A DNA stretch of 64,000 bases from Caldisericota bacterium (GTDB lineage Bacteria > Caldisericota > Caldisericia > UBA6126 > JAGPKI01), in assembly GCA_052034135.1 (NCBI GenBank), contig JBPOJC010000005.1:76-64075 (forward strand), in the 5' to 3' direction. Positions 38,990-50,327 of this stretch are shown piece after piece. The notes beneath the pieces were generated by a model. It searched no databases and was not told the origin of the DNA. It saw only the letters and a program-made list of their open reading frames with translations. The stretch's first letter is position 1, and each line of letters opens with the position of its first letter. The position numbers and the translations under genes are program-made.

Positions 38990-39190
38990 TCATGAAGGTA
39001 ACTACGAATGAATATCATCCCTTCATTCCGAAAGTGTGTATCAACAAGCTTGAACTGAGGAGATTCTTCGCTACTGGGAATAGTGCTCATTAGGATGACG
39101 GCGATGGTGTGATAACTTTCGTCGTTAAAATTAAACTCCTCAGAATCACGGAAGGTTGAATCCCCAATGCCACTTACGGAATACATCTCC
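38990..39190. repeat. Degenerate copies of the GC-rich repeat family
   Basis: 'GAGGAGATTCTTCGCT' here is the reverse complement of 'AGCGAAGAATCTCCTC' at 7354-7369. 'TTCATTCCGAAAGTGTGTATC' resembles the 7281 unit. The overlapping 95-aa ORF (38899-39186) is probably spurious. Confidence 0.5.
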
Positions 39191-39496
39191 TAAGGATTAC
39201 TGTGTGATAAGAGTACATTCGTTACATACATTTCTTAAGGCAACAAAAAAGAGGTATAAAAGAGGAGAGGTTCCATCGGGTGGAAAATTGTAAGCAATTT
39301 AAAATAAATAAAAATAATTGAAATAAAAAATTTCAGTATCTAAAGAATCTGATAAAATGGAAGTATTAGCAGCTCATGTTTAGTTTTTTGATGAAGCAAA
39401 GATAATCAAAGATAATAATTTTATTAAGAAAATTAAACAAAGTAACATATTTTAAATTGTTTTTATAAGGGATATGGCATATATTAATTAGTTATT

Positions 39497-39569
39497 GTGC
39501 CCGTAGCTTAATGGAAAAAGCATCGGCCTCCGGAGCCGAGGAGTGGAGGTTCAATTCCTCTCGGGCACG
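39497..39569 (+). tRNA. tRNA-Arg (anticodon CCG)
   Basis: A manual cloverleaf fits: acceptor GUGCCCG/CGGGCAC, D-arm GCUU..AAGC, anticodon stem UCGGC/GCCGA with loop CUCCGGA, T-arm GGAGG-UUCAAUU-CCUCU. The length is 73 nt and no CCA is encoded. Confidence 0.8.
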
Positions 39570-39579
39570 GAGAAAATTT

Positions 39580-40284
39580 ATGAAAAGGTTTAAGTTTATT
39601 ATATTATTGGTTCTGATTGTAGTTGTAGTTTTTTTTATAAACAAAGAATTAGTTTATCTACCTTTACTTAAAATTAATGCGTCTGATAGCGTGGCTATGA
39701 AAGTTAAAGAAGAACTTGGTAAAGCTTCATTTATGGGTTTTACTTTTAAACGGAACATTCAAAATAAAGAATTTAAAAAAACAATTAATAACTGTGAAAG
39801 TATTACTCTTACAAAAAAAGGCTTTTTGAAATGGGAGATAAACACTGTTCAGGAAGTTTATAATTATATTGTCAAACTTAATGGTTATCCTATGAGTATT
39901 AATAAAGAAGGATCTTTAATTGATGAAAACGTAAATATGAACATTAATGATAATTCTTTAGCCGTTTTTATTGTAAACGTAAAAGCCAAAAACGATGCAA
40001 AAGTTGTTTATAATGATTACATAAAACCGTTTTTACTCTATGTTAATTCAACAAAAAGTAAACTTTATCCAATGATTTCTGAAATAAATTTTGATGATTC
40101 CCTTGGACTTAGCTTTACTTGTTTTGACAAAAAAAGAATAATAATAGGTAAAAGAAAAGATTTTGAAATAATTGAAGATGAATTTTTTAAAGCTAAAAGT
40201 CTATTAACTGAAAAAAAAGAATATACTAATTATAGTGAATTGGATTTCAGATTTAAAAATAGGATAATATGTAGAAAAAAATGA
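39580..40284 (+). CDS. Hypothetical membrane-anchored or secreted protein
   Basis: The annotated ORF start at 39511 overlaps the tRNA. The internal ATG at 39580 gives 'MKRFKFIILLVLIVVVVFF', a signal/anchor sequence. Confidence 0.45.
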   Translation: MKRFKFIILLVLIVVVVFFINKELVYLPLLKINASDSVAMKVKEELGKASFMGFTFKRNIQNKEFKKTINNCESITLTKKGFLKWEINTVQEVYNYIVKLNGYPMSINKEGSLIDENVNMNINDNSLAVFIVNVKAKNDAKVVYNDYIKPFLLYVNSTKSKLYPMISEINFDDSLGLSFTCFDKKRIIIGKRKDFEIIEDEFFKAKSLLTEKKEYTNYSELDFRFKNRIICRKK

Positions 40285-40365
40285 TTTATTTCTTGATTTT
40301 ATGTTTTTAATTGTTATTATTTATGAAATTACCCATCATGTTTGGATTTAGAAAGGAGAGAAAAA

Positions 40366-41433
40366 ATGTTTAATGAGTTGGACCCTTGGACTCATACAAA
40401 AGCAACTCTAAAGGTTATAGGTGTAGGTGGTGGTGGAACAAATGCTGTGAACAGGATGATACAATGTGGAATTAGCGGTGTTGAATTTATAGCAGTTAAC
40501 ACCGACGTTCAAGCATTGAGTGTTTCACTTGCTCCTACAAAAATCCAAATAGGACCAAAAATTACTAAAGGATTGGGTGCTGGCTCAATCGCAGATCTTG
40601 GAGAAAAAGCTGCTTTAGAAAGCGAAGAAACAATAAGAGATGTTCTTAACGGAACTGATTTGCTGTTTTTAACTACAGGTATGGGTGGAGGTACTGGTAC
40701 GGGTGCAAGTCCTGTAATTGCCAAAATAGCTAAAGAAATGGGAATTCTCACTATTGCCATAGTTACAAAGCCTTTTTATTTTGAAGGTGAAAGAAGAATG
40801 AAGGTTGCAGAGGAAGGTATCGCGAAAATTAAAAATTACGTTGATACTCTTATTACTTTATGCAATGATAGGCTTCTTCAGATATCGACTAAATCCACTT
40901 CATTAACTGAAGCTTTTCTTTTAGCCGACGATATTCTTAGGCAAGGGGTTCAGGGCATATCTGATATTATAAATGTTCCTGGATTAATAAACGTTGATTT
41001 TGCAGACGTTAAAACTATTGTTAAAGATGCAGGAAGCGCGTGGATGGGTATAGGTTCAGCAAAAGGGGAAAATAAAGCAATTGAAGCAGCAAAAAGGGCA
41101 ATCAATAGTAAATTACTCGAAACAAATATTCAAGGAGCAAAAGGACTTCTCTTTAATATGACGGGAGGCAAAGGGCTCACCATAACTGATGTTAATGAAG
41201 CAGCAAAAGTAATAACAAATTCAGTCCATAAGGATGCTTTAAAAATATGGGGAGCTGTAATACAGGAAGATATGGATGATGAAATCAAAATAACAGTTAT
41301 AGCAACTGGTTTTGACTCTCATAAACAAATCTTTCCAGATGATGAATTTAGAGTAAGCTATAAAGAAGAAGAGAAAGAAGGAGAAAGCTTTATCGATATT
41401 CCTTTTTATCTAAAAAAGAGGATGGAACAATAA
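40366..41433 (+). CDS. ftsZ: Cell division GTPase FtsZ
   Basis: '[10 protein letters not shown]' and the tubulin signature '[14 protein letters not shown]' are present. The ATG at 40366 has an AGGAGAG RBS, whereas the longer TTG start at 40342 has none. Confidence 0.9.
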   Translation: MFNELDPWTHTKATLKVIGVGGGGTNAVNRMIQCGISGVEFIAVNTDVQALSVSLAPTKIQIGPKITKGLGAGSIADLGEKAALESEETIRDVLNGTDLLFLTTGMGGGTGTGASPVIAKIAKEMGILTIAIVTKPFYFEGERRMKVAEEGIAKIKNYVDTLITLCNDRLLQISTKSTSLTEAFLLADDILRQGVQGISDIINVPGLINVDFADVKTIVKDAGSAWMGIGSAKGENKAIEAAKRAINSKLLETNIQGAKGLLFNMTGGKGLTITDVNEAAKVITNSVHKDALKIWGAVIQEDMDDEIKITVIATGFDSHKQIFPDDEFRVSYKEEEKEGESFIDIPFYLKKRMEQ

Positions 41434-41443
41434 AATTGAAACA

Positions 41444-42382
41444 ATGAAAAAAAGATTTTCAATATATAACTTAATTTTTGCATTATTTATAATTGTAATT
41501 GGTGCAGGGATTTTATTTTATGTGTTTAATGATTTTTCGCTTAGTAGAACACCAGAAACTATTTATGCAGAACTTCAGAGGATAGAAGTATCATTTCCAG
41601 CCGCAGGTTTTATAGCGAAAGATGAAAATATCTACTATGCAGAGGCAGATGGCAAAGTAAAGAGAATAATAGAACCAGGGGAAATAGTAAAAAAAGGAAC
41701 AGAAATAGCTCAAATTGTTCAAAATGATGGCAAAATTATTTCAGTAAAAGCACAAAATAACGGCCTTGTCACTTATATAATCGATAATTGTGAAGATAAG
41801 TACAATATTAATAATATTGATAAATTATTGACAACTGAAATAATAGATCCGCCTGTCAAACAAGAAAGGGTTGCAGACGGAGATACGATTAAAAAAGGCA
41901 ATTTTTTATTTAAAATTGTTGGAAATGATAAAATTAGCTATATTTTGGTATTTGATAAGGATGAGAAACAAAAGATTAGTGAAAATAAAGAATTAGTTTT
42001 CGCGGTTGAATACCCAGTAAATATGCTAATAGATGGGAAAATTGAGAGATTAGAAGACAGAGAAGATAATAAATGTTTAGCCGTTTTTTCTACTGAATAC
42101 TATATCGATACTTTGCTAAATTGGAGAAAAATTTCTGGTAGGTTTGTTTTTGGCACTGTTACAGCTTCATATTTACCAATTAGCTCATTAACTAAAAATG
42201 AAAAAGGAGAAGATGTCGTTTACATTAAGAACTCTTCTGGTTTACCTGAGGCTTACAAGGTAACTGTTCTTGGAAAAGATTATTCACGAAAGAATTATAT
42301 AGTTCAGGGGCTTAAGAAATTTGAAGAAGTGTATTTTGATGCTAACCTTGCGAAAGAGAAGATAAGCAAAGTAAGTGAATGA
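41444..42382 (+). CDS. Hypothetical membrane-anchored protein downstream of ftsZ
   Basis: An N-terminal transmembrane helix is present. No recognised motif. Confidence 0.4.
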   Translation: MKKRFSIYNLIFALFIIVIGAGILFYVFNDFSLSRTPETIYAELQRIEVSFPAAGFIAKDENIYYAEADGKVKRIIEPGEIVKKGTEIAQIVQNDGKIISVKAQNNGLVTYIIDNCEDKYNINNIDKLLTTEIIDPPVKQERVADGDTIKKGNFLFKIVGNDKISYILVFDKDEKQKISENKELVFAVEYPVNMLIDGKIERLEDREDNKCLAVFSTEYYIDTLLNWRKISGRFVFGTVTASYLPISSLTKNEKGEDVVYIKNSSGLPEAYKVTVLGKDYSRKNYIVQGLKKFEEVYFDANLAKEKISKVSE

Positions 42383-43089
42383 TTAATATTGAAAGCAATT
42401 TTATTAAAAAAAGAATAGAATTATTAAGGAGTGACATTGTAGAAACAGCTCAAAAATGTAGAAGAAACTATCAAGATATAGAAATTGTTGCAGTGACAAA
42501 AGGAGTTGATACTTCACTGATATTGGAAGCTTTTAGTGAAGGTATCGATTTATTTGGCGAAAGTTACCTTCAAGAAGCATCTAAAAAATTAGATTATCTC
42601 TTTAATAATTCGTCATTAACTAAAGAAAACTTCCACTTTATAGGTCATCTTCAAAAAAATAAAGCAGTCAAAGCGATAAATTATTTTTCAAGCATTGATT
42701 CTATCGATTCAATTGAATTGTGTGAGTTAATTTCCAATAAAGCTTCTAAAATTGGCACCAAAGTGAATGTTATGATTGAGGTTAAGACTTCTTACGAAGA
42801 TACAAAATATGGTTTATTGCCTGAAGAAACTATTGATTTTGTTGAGAATTTAATAGAACTACCCTTTATTAATTTAATTGGTGTTATGACAATGGCTCCT
42901 CTTGATGCCTCTGAAAATGTAACAAGAAATTGTTTTAGAAAGCTTTATAATGTTTGGGAAGAAATTGATAAATTATACAATTTAAAACTTCCATATATAT
43001 CAATGGGAATGAGCGATGATTATAAAATTGCTATAGAAGAGGGTTCTACAATGCTGCGAATTGGAAGGGCAATATTTGGAAGGAGTTAA
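42379..43089 (+). CDS. yggS: YggS-family PLP homeostasis protein
   Basis: The PLP-lysine region is 'IVAVTKG', and 'FIGHLQKNK' and a C-terminal 'RIGRAIFG' are present. Its position between ftsZ and sepF is typical. Confidence 0.8.
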   Translation: MINIESNFIKKRIELLRSDIVETAQKCRRNYQDIEIVAVTKGVDTSLILEAFSEGIDLFGESYLQEASKKLDYLFNNSSLTKENFHFIGHLQKNKAVKAINYFSSIDSIDSIELCELISNKASKIGTKVNVMIEVKTSYEDTKYGLLPEETIDFVENLIELPFINLIGVMTMAPLDASENVTRNCFRKLYNVWEEIDKLYNLKLPYISMGMSDDYKIAIEEGSTMLRIGRAIFGRS

Positions 43090-43092
43090 AAT

Positions 43093-43536
43093 ATGAAAAA
43101 ACTTTTAGATTGGTTTTATAAATTATTGGGTGTTGAACAAGACGAAGAAGAAGAGGGTATAGAGGAAGAAATAAAGGTTGAGCCAGTTAGCAAGAAGCAA
43201 CAAGGAAGATTTGCTAAACAAGCACCAGATTTTAAGGCTGTTATAGTTGTATCTTTAACTCCTAAAGTTAAGGAAGACGCAAGAAGAGCTGTGAATTTTT
43301 TAAAAGAAAATAAATTGATAATTGTAGATTTTGAGAATGGCGACGCAGACAGATCGATTTTATCATATTTTGTTGCCTATCTATCCGGAGCAGTTGATGC
43401 ATTGGGTGGAGTAGCTGACAAATTTGGCGAATATGTGTATCTTTTTACCCCACCTGGCGTTAATATTTCAAGGGAACAAAAGAAGGATATTTTAAGTAGT
43501 TCCAACAACAACGAAAATCCTCCTTTCATCGAATAG
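43093..43536 (+). CDS. sepF: Cell division protein SepF
   Basis: The conserved C-terminal SepF domain is present ('IIVDFENGDADRSILSYFVAYLSGAVDALGG'). The size and genetic context fit. Confidence 0.75.
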   Translation: MKKLLDWFYKLLGVEQDEEEEGIEEEIKVEPVSKKQQGRFAKQAPDFKAVIVVSLTPKVKEDARRAVNFLKENKLIIVDFENGDADRSILSYFVAYLSGAVDALGGVADKFGEYVYLFTPPGVNISREQKKDILSSSNNNENPPFIE

Positions 43537-43600
43537 AATCTAAATTGATAAAATTTTCATCAAAAATTTTTTTAAACTTTTTTTATAAAGATGTATTAAT

Positions 43601-44110
43601 ATGAGTGAAGACAAAGAATTATTTGAAGATTATTTTAGAAAATATAAAGATGATGTATATAGAGTTGCGTATTATTATACGAAAAATAGAGATGATGCAG
43701 AAGATCTTGTGCAAGATACTTTTATTAGGGCTTATAAGTTCTTTTCAAAGTTTAAAAGAAATACTAACTTCAAATCCTGGATACTCAAAATTATGCGTAA
43801 TATTTACATAACTAAAAGTAAAAAGAAGAGTAAAGAAAAAAGTATCAAGAATCATGAATTAGATTTTTCTAAGGATTATTCATTAGAAGATGATTATCTT
43901 GATAATGTTACTATTTCTGAGGTTAGAGATGCAATACTTATGCTTCCAAGAGAGTTTAGAGAAGTAATAATGCTTTCAGACATCTCTGGTCTTATGTATG
44001 AAGAAATTGCAAAGATAATTAAAGTTCCTGTTGGAACAGTCAGATCTCGCTTACATAGAGGGAGGTTGATCCTTAAGGAAAGGCTAAAAGAGAAATATGA
44101 TGCTGAGTAA
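43601..44110 (+). CDS. ECF-subfamily RNA polymerase sigma factor
   Basis: Region 2 ('DAEDLVQDTFIRAYKFFSKF...NFKSWILKIMRN') and region 4 HTH ('SGLMYEEIAKIIKVPVGTVRSRLHRGR') are both present. Confidence 0.8.
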   Translation: MSEDKELFEDYFRKYKDDVYRVAYYYTKNRDDAEDLVQDTFIRAYKFFSKFKRNTNFKSWILKIMRNIYITKSKKKSKEKSIKNHELDFSKDYSLEDDYLDNVTISEVRDAILMLPREFREVIMLSDISGLMYEEIAKIIKVPVGTVRSRLHRGRLILKERLKEKYDAE

Positions 44111-44360
44111 ATTTTTTAGTAATAAAAATTGTAAGTATTGTGAGTGTTTCGTAAATGACTATGTTGACAACAGATTATCAGGGATAAAAGAGGAAGAATT
44201 CCTTGCTTATATTGAGAATTGCTTAAAGGTTAAAGGTTGTAAAAAGTGTACTGAACTTATCAAACAATTTAAGATTATTAAAAGTTACTGTGCAAGTTTA
44301 CGTGAAAGTTTGACTATGCCAGAAGACTTAAGCATGAAGCTTTTAAAAATGATAAGATAG
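44097..44360 (+). CDS. Putative zinc-finger anti-sigma factor
   Basis: The start overlaps the sigma factor gene. The pattern CKYC..C, then C..C, suggests a zf-HC2-like domain. The protein is 87 aa. Confidence 0.4.
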   Translation: MMLSKFFSNKNCKYCECFVNDYVDNRLSGIKEEEFLAYIENCLKVKGCKKCTELIKQFKIIKSYCASLRESLTMPEDLSMKLLKMIR

Positions 44361-44407
44361 ATTAGTGCATCTCATTATAAACTTTACTAACATTTACTGA
44401 TAAAAAA

Positions 44408-45892
44408 TTATTTTATCCAGTAATTAGGCGCTTCTCTCACAATAGAAACATCATGCGGATGTGATTCTTTAACTCCAGTAGGAGTTATTTGTATGAATTT
44501 AGTATTTTTTCTAAGTTCTTCTATATTATGAGCACCAGCATAACCCATACCAGATCTTAATCCACCAACTAATTGATAAATAAAATCTTGAAGCTTTCCT
44601 CTATAAGGAACTCTTCCAACAATACCTTCAGGTACTAATTTGGCAGCAGAAACGCCCTCTTGAAAATATCTTTCCCCACCACCTTCTTTCATTGCTTCAA
44701 TTGACCCCATAGCTCTATATTCTTTGTATTGCCTTCCGCCATAAAATATAAGTTCTCCTGGGCTTTCATCGAGACCAGCTAAAAGATTGCCAAGCATAAC
44801 AGTGCTTGCACCAGCAGCAATTGCTTTTGTTATATCACCAGAATATCTAACACCACCGTCAGCAATAATAGGTATGTCATATTGATCAGCGATTTCCGAG
44901 CACATCATAATTGCTGTTAATTGTGGTACACCACAACCTGCTATTATTCTTGTTGTACAAATGGAGCCCGGTCCTATGCCTACTTTAACAGCTGATGCCC
45001 CTTCTTTTATTAATGCATAAGTTCCTTCAGGAGTTGCAACATTTCCAGCTACAACCTCGAGGTCTGGATATTTATATTTTATATTCTTTAATAGATTGAT
45101 TACCCCTTCTGAATGGCCATGAGCTGAGTCAATAACAATTACATCGACTCCGGATTTGTATAATAACTCTACTCGAGTAAGAGCATCTTTTGAGACTGAA
45201 ATAGCTGCTCCTACTCTCAATCTGCCACTATTGTCTTTGCATGAATTAGGATATTCAATCATTTTGTTAATGTCTTTTATTGTTATTAGGCCTTTAAGGT
45301 TATAATCATCATCAACTATTAATAATTTCTCAACTTTATGCTGCTTAAGTATCTCTTTTGCTTCATTGATTGAAGTTCCTTCTTTTGCAGTAATGAGGTT
45401 TTCTTTTGTCATAACATCTGATACTTTTTCAGTATAGTCTGTAATAAACCTTATATCTCTATTTGTTATTATTCCTATCAATTTTTCGTTTCTTGTTATT
45501 GGAACTCCAGAGATGTGATATTTTTCTGTGACATTTAAAACATCTTGAATTGTAGCATCTTCAGTAAGCGTAATTGGGTTTGTTATGAGGCCACTTTCTG
45601 ACCTTTTTACCTTGTCTACTTCTTCTGCTTGCATTGCTGGAGGTAGATTTTTGTGAATTATGCCAATACCTCCCTGTCGAGCGAGAGCGATGGCTAATCG
45701 TGCTTCAGTAACTCTATCCATAGCAGCGCTCACAATTGGAATATTTAAAGGTATATTTTTTGTAAATCTTGTATGCAAGTCTACATCTCTTGGAAGAATA
45801 TTTGAATAGGCTGGTATTATTAATACATCATCATATGTTAATGCTATTCCGTTTATTTTTTTATTATAATTCATAGAGCTTTCTCCATTCAA
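44408..45892 (-). CDS. guaB: IMP dehydrogenase
   Basis: The catalytic loop '[11 protein letters not shown]' is present and tandem CBS domains are inserted. The length is 494 aa. Confidence 0.85.
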   Translation of the reverse strand: MNGESSMNYNKKINGIALTYDDVLIIPAYSNILPRDVDLHTRFTKNIPLNIPIVSAAMDRVTEARLAIALARQGGIGIIHKNLPPAMQAEEVDKVKRSESGLITNPITLTEDATIQDVLNVTEKYHISGVPITRNEKLIGIITNRDIRFITDYTEKVSDVMTKENLITAKEGTSINEAKEILKQHKVEKLLIVDDDYNLKGLITIKDINKMIEYPNSCKDNSGRLRVGAAISVSKDALTRVELLYKSGVDVIVIDSAHGHSEGVINLLKNIKYKYPDLEVVAGNVATPEGTYALIKEGASAVKVGIGPGSICTTRIIAGCGVPQLTAIMMCSEIADQYDIPIIADGGVRYSGDITKAIAAGASTVMLGNLLAGLDESPGELIFYGGRQYKEYRAMGSIEAMKEGGGERYFQEGVSAAKLVPEGIVGRVPYRGKLQDFIYQLVGGLRSGMGYAGAHNIEELRKNTKFIQITPTGVKESHPHDVSIVREAPNYWIK

Positions 45893-45943
45893 AAGTTAAA
45901 GTGTGTTAATAAGTCTAAAATAAAAACATTAATTTTCAAATAT

Positions 45944-46447
45944 TTACATTATTTTCAGAGGTATATTTTTCTTTTGTATAACTTCCGTTAGTTTGCAATA
46001 TGTCTCTTCTAATGCTTCAGATATGACTCTTGTTTCCCCAATAACTGTAATAAAATTTGAATCTCCAATCCAGCGAGGAACTATATGAGCATGAATATGA
46101 TCTTCCACTCCAGCACCAGCAACCTTTCCGATATTCATTCCCACATTAAATCCTTGAGGCTCAAAAGCAGCTTTAATCAATCTAATTGAATAATCAATAA
46201 GATTAATAAATTCCAATGATGCATCATCTCGTAAATCAGATAATTGACTTATATGCGAATAAGGAACAACCATCAAATGTCCTGGGGAATATGGATATTT
46301 ATTTAGAACGATAAAATTAAATTTACCTCTATAAATTATAAAATTTTCACTATCTTTATTTTCTTTTATCATTTTACAAAAGAAACATTCTTTATCTTTA
46401 TTTCCTCTTATATACACATATCTCCATGGTGCCCACAATGTCTTCAT
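45944..46447 (-). CDS. HIT-family nucleotide hydrolase/transferase
   Basis: The histidine triad 'HIHAHIVPRW' is present in a 167-aa protein. Confidence 0.7.
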   Translation of the reverse strand: MKTLWAPWRYVYIRGNKDKECFFCKMIKENKDSENFIIYRGKFNFIVLNKYPYSPGHLMVVPYSHISQLSDLRDDASLEFINLIDYSIRLIKAAFEPQGFNVGMNIGKVAGAGVEDHIHAHIVPRWIGDSNFITVIGETRVISEALEETYCKLTEVIQKKNIPLKIM

Positions 46448-46550
46448 AAAAATCTACCTTTCTAAAGTTGTTTTCATTATAAACCTTAATACAATTGAGA
46501 TTGTCTATATAAATATTATTCTATTTTTAGTAATAAATACAATTATTTTA

Positions 46551-47234
46551 GTGAGGTGGAAAAATATGAGAAGAATGGTGAAAAGAATAGCTAATAAAAG
46601 AATATGGCTTGTTATAAGCATTGTCTTAATTATTACATTTAGTAATTCCTGTTCTAATAATATAAAACAGGTTCCACAAGAATCTAATGGAGGAATTACT
46701 TCTGAAGCTCCTTCTCAACCAGTTGATAATTCAAAAGAAAATTCTGCTAAACCTGAAGAGACCACCTCTGAAACCATGTCTCTGCCAACAGGCTTGATAC
46801 CTTCTGAGATGAGAATCTCTGCCAAAGACTTTACACTTGAAAAAATTGATGGGGGTACATTGAGTCTATCTTCGTATAAAGGAAAAATCGTATTACTTGA
46901 CTTTACAACAACCTGGTGTTACTGGTGCGATGTTCAGGCTCCACAGGTAGAAGAATTGTATAAGAATTACGCAAACAAGAATTTTACTGTTATAAGCATT
47001 GATTGCAAAGAAGAACTTCAGACTGTGAAAAGTAAATACCCTGGTGGAAAGCATATATTTCCAGTAGTACTTGATAAAGATGGCTCTGTGTCATATTCAT
47101 ATGGTATTAATGGATATCCAACATTCTTGCTAATTGATAAGGAAGGTAGAATTGCATATAAACAAGAGGGATATAAAGAGAACATGAAGGAAGTTGTATC
47201 AAAGATAATTGATTATTTACTTGAAAATGAGTAG
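46551..47234 (+). CDS. TlpA-like thiol-disulfide oxidoreductase (thioredoxin fold), secreted or lipoprotein
   Basis: The redox motif 'WCYWC' is present. A signal peptide with cysteine and a low-complexity linker are present. Confidence 0.7.
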   Translation: MRWKNMRRMVKRIANKRIWLVISIVLIITFSNSCSNNIKQVPQESNGGITSEAPSQPVDNSKENSAKPEETTSETMSLPTGLIPSEMRISAKDFTLEKIDGGTLSLSSYKGKIVLLDFTTTWCYWCDVQAPQVEELYKNYANKNFTVISIDCKEELQTVKSKYPGGKHIFPVVLDKDGSVSYSYGINGYPTFLLIDKEGRIAYKQEGYKENMKEVVSKIIDYLLENE

Positions 47235-47243
47235 CTTATTGTT

Positions 47244-48425
47244 ATGAATATATTTGAACTAATTAACTTTTCTTTTAAAAATCTTAAACGAAATAGAAGT
47301 AGAATTTTCTTAACTATTCTTTCTGTGGTTATTTCTATAACTTTTTTGATAAGTTTTCTTGGGCTTATTGAGGGCTACAATAAGGCGATTATGAAAGATA
47401 TTAATAACCTTGGAGTTCACTTATTGGCAATACCTAAAGGGTGTCCTTACGAAGCAACGGCTTTGATAATGCATGGAGGCATTATTCCCAATTATTTAGA
47501 TGAATCAGTTATACAAGAAATATCAAGTCTACCAAATATTTATGATTATTATGCAATGGTGATGGGTATTTTGCCCTCTAAGGAATCACCAGAGAGTACA
47601 GATATCATTTATGGTGTAACGGATGGAGTATTCAACCTTAAGAAAAACTGGGGAGTATCCAAAAATTTATTTTTAAATGAATCTGGGGCTGTGATTGGTA
47701 AAAGAAAAGCCTTGTCCTTAGGAGTTAAGGAGGGCGACTATATTAAGTTGGGAAATAATGGAAATAAATATAAGGTTTTGTATGTTATTCCAGAAACAGG
47801 CACAGAAGACGATAATATTATATTTCTGCCTTTAAAGAATGCTCAGGATGTACTAAATGTTTCAGGTAAAATAACGGGCGTAGCAATCTCACTAAAAGAT
47901 ATAACTAAACTAAAAGAAACATCAGATGAGATAGAGAAAATAAAAGATGTTCAGGTAGTTACTATGAATAATGTTCTTTCTGTAGTTATGGGATATATTC
48001 GTATTGTAAAAGCTCTTTTGCTCGGAATTGTAATTATAACTGTTTTAGTTAGTGGTATTCAAATTTTAAACAGTACATTAATAGCAGTTTTTGAACAGAT
48101 AAGAGAAATTGGAGTTTTTAAAGCAATAGGGGCAACAGGCAGGCAAATTGCAAGTTTTATTTTTATTCAGTCTTTTTTAGTCTCTCTGATAGGTAGTTTA
48201 TTTGCTATTCTTGTATCTTATATTATTGCTCCAATACTTAATATAATTACTAAAAGTTTTATTCCTTCGCCACCTGCTGGAAGCATTATTTCTTTTACTC
48301 CATCGATATTGCTTTATGGAGTATTGTTTTCCATAGTAGTAGGATTTATCGCAGGAATATACCCTGCATACAAGGCGAGCACTCTAAGTCCTTCAGAAGT
48401 AATTAGAATGGATGTGTTAGTATGA
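47244..48425 (+). CDS. ABC transporter permease, FtsX/MacB-like
   Basis: An N-terminal transmembrane helix, a periplasmic domain and a C-terminal 3-TM FtsX domain are present. Confidence 0.65.
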   Translation: MNIFELINFSFKNLKRNRSRIFLTILSVVISITFLISFLGLIEGYNKAIMKDINNLGVHLLAIPKGCPYEATALIMHGGIIPNYLDESVIQEISSLPNIYDYYAMVMGILPSKESPESTDIIYGVTDGVFNLKKNWGVSKNLFLNESGAVIGKRKALSLGVKEGDYIKLGNNGNKYKVLYVIPETGTEDDNIIFLPLKNAQDVLNVSGKITGVAISLKDITKLKETSDEIEKIKDVQVVTMNNVLSVVMGYIRIVKALLLGIVIITVLVSGIQILNSTLIAVFEQIREIGVFKAIGATGRQIASFIFIQSFLVSLIGSLFAILVSYIIAPILNIITKSFIPSPPAGSIISFTPSILLYGVLFSIVVGFIAGIYPAYKASTLSPSEVIRMDVLV

Positions 48426-49588
48426 ACTTCTTTAAACTTGCTTTTAAGAATTTATTAAGAAGAAAGATAAGAACAATTCTAACAATAATTGGTATCGGAG
48501 TAGTGATAGCAATATTTTTTAGTTTAATTTCATTTAATGAAGGGTATAGTCGTTCGTTAGGAAATGAATTTTTAAGTTTCGGAATTCATATTTTAGCTGT
48601 CCCTAAAGGGTGTCCTTACGAAGCAACTTCTCTTCTTCTTCATGGTGGAGAGATGGATAAAACTTTAACATATGCTCAATTTGAAGAAATTGCTAAAAAT
48701 GAATCAGTGGATATAGCTTCTCCATTACTTCTTATTAACACAACAATTAATTCTCATGAGTATAAAACTGCACTATACGGAATTTCCGATACTCTTTTTG
48801 ATTTAAAGCCATACTGGAAACTTAATGGTAATAAATTTTCTTCTTTAACTGCAAACGAGGCAATAATTGGTGATAATCTCGCTAAAGAACTAAATTTAAA
48901 GATTGGCGATAGGGTTTATCTAACCAACGATAAAATAGAAACAAAAGTTATTGGAATTCTCTCTCCCACTGGAACTTCGGATGATAACTTTATATATGTA
49001 CCATTACGGTTTTCAGAAAAATTGGCAGGTAAGAGCGATGCTTTAACCGCAGTAGCAATAAAAGTTAAACAAGGTGAAAAAATCGGAATGGTAGCAAACA
49101 CGCTTGCTCAAATACCTGATGTTCAAATGGTTACTTTTACGCAAGTTCAATCCACATTAAATGGTCTTGTTTCAACAACTCAGCAATTATTGCAGGTTGC
49201 AACAATTTTTACATTATTAATTGGATTAGTGAGTCTTGTTAATACTTTATATATGAGTATAACAGAAAGAAAAAAGGAATTAGGAATGCTAAAGGCAATT
49301 GGCGCAAGGAATAGCCAAATATTTTTCCTAATAATAACTGAAACAATTATTATTGTGCTTATATCTGCATTCCTTGGTATTATCTTGGCTGTTGGTTTCT
49401 CAGGCACAATTGAGTATATTATTAGAAAATTAATAGAGAGCGCTCCTCCGGGCAGATTAGCTTATTTTACATTTTCATCTTTGATATTGACTGTTTTAAT
49501 TTCTCTCTTAATTGGCGTGCTTTCAAGCTTATTTCCGGCTTATTTTGCTTCTAAAATTCCCCCTATGGAGGTCATAAGAAATGAATAA
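48422..49588 (+). CDS. ABC transporter permease, FtsX/MacB-like (paralog)
   Basis: It has the same architecture as the preceding gene and overlaps its stop. Confidence 0.65.
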   Translation: MNFFKLAFKNLLRRKIRTILTIIGIGVVIAIFFSLISFNEGYSRSLGNEFLSFGIHILAVPKGCPYEATSLLLHGGEMDKTLTYAQFEEIAKNESVDIASPLLLINTTINSHEYKTALYGISDTLFDLKPYWKLNGNKFSSLTANEAIIGDNLAKELNLKIGDRVYLTNDKIETKVIGILSPTGTSDDNFIYVPLRFSEKLAGKSDALTAVAIKVKQGEKIGMVANTLAQIPDVQMVTFTQVQSTLNGLVSTTQQLLQVATIFTLLIGLVSLVNTLYMSITERKKELGMLKAIGARNSQIFFLIITETIIIVLISAFLGIILAVGFSGTIEYIIRKLIESAPPGRLAYFTFSSLILTVLISLLIGVLSSLFPAYFASKIPPMEVIRNE

Positions 49589-50261
49589 TAATCAGACAAT
49601 TATTAACGCAATAGATTTAAAGAAATATTATAAAATAGGCAAAGCTGAAATTGCAGCATTAGCTGGAGTAAGTCTTGATATTAAGAAGGGGGAATTTTTA
49701 GCAATTCTCGGTTCATCTGGTTCCGGAAAGACAACTTTGCTTAACATAATCGGCTGTCTCGATAAACCAAGCAGTGGGAAGTTATTTGTAGCCGATAATG
49801 ATGTTACTGATCTTCCTGAAAAGAAATTAGTAGAAATAAGAAGAAAACATTTTGGTTTTATTTTTCAGCAATTCTTTTTAATCCCTACTTTAACTGTTCG
49901 AGAAAATGTTATGCTACCCATATTCTTTAGTGGGAAAAAAGTTTCAGACAAGTTTATTGATGAGGTATTGGAGCGAGTAGGACTCTTAAATAGAAAAAAA
50001 CACCTTCCGAGTGAGTTATCAGGTGGAGAAATGCAAAGAGTTGCTATTGCAAGAGCGCTTGTGAATAACTCAGAGATTATTATTGCTGATGAACCTACAG
50101 GTAATCTTGATTCTCAAAATGCGAAAAATATTTTCGGGCTATTTTCTAACTTGAATGACGATTTTGGAGTTACAATCATATGTGCCACACATAATCTTGA
50201 ACTTGCAAAAAAGGCAAAGGGTATAATTGAGTTAAAAGATGGTATAATAAAGAGTGAATGA
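49581..50261 (+). CDS. ABC transporter ATP-binding protein (LolD/MacB-type)
   Basis: Walker A 'GSSGSGKTT', signature 'LSGGEMQR' and Walker B 'IIADEPTGNLD' are present. Confidence 0.8.
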   Translation: MNNNQTIINAIDLKKYYKIGKAEIAALAGVSLDIKKGEFLAILGSSGSGKTTLLNIIGCLDKPSSGKLFVADNDVTDLPEKKLVEIRRKHFGFIFQQFFLIPTLTVRENVMLPIFFSGKKVSDKFIDEVLERVGLLNRKKHLPSELSGGEMQRVAIARALVNNSEIIIADEPTGNLDSQNAKNIFGLFSNLNDDFGVTIICATHNLELAKKAKGIIELKDGIIKSE

Positions 50262-50327
50262 AAATTAAGTGCTAATTTGGGAAATTTTAATATTAGAACA
50301 ATAATTTAAATTAAGAGGTTTTGAATA

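Noticed and set aside
38899-39186. 95-aa minus-strand ORF
   Set aside because: It lies over degenerate GC-rich repeat copies in an intergenic stretch and has no RBS. It is probably spurious.
39511-39579. N-terminal 23 codons of the annotated 257-aa ORF
   Set aside because: This part overlaps the tRNA-Arg gene on the same strand. The internal ATG at 39580 gives a proper signal/anchor N-terminus, so the shorter CDS is used.
40342-40365. Upstream TTG start for ftsZ
   Set aside because: It has no ribosome-binding site. The ATG at 40366 has AGGAGAG 8 nt upstream and yields a typical FtsZ N-terminus.
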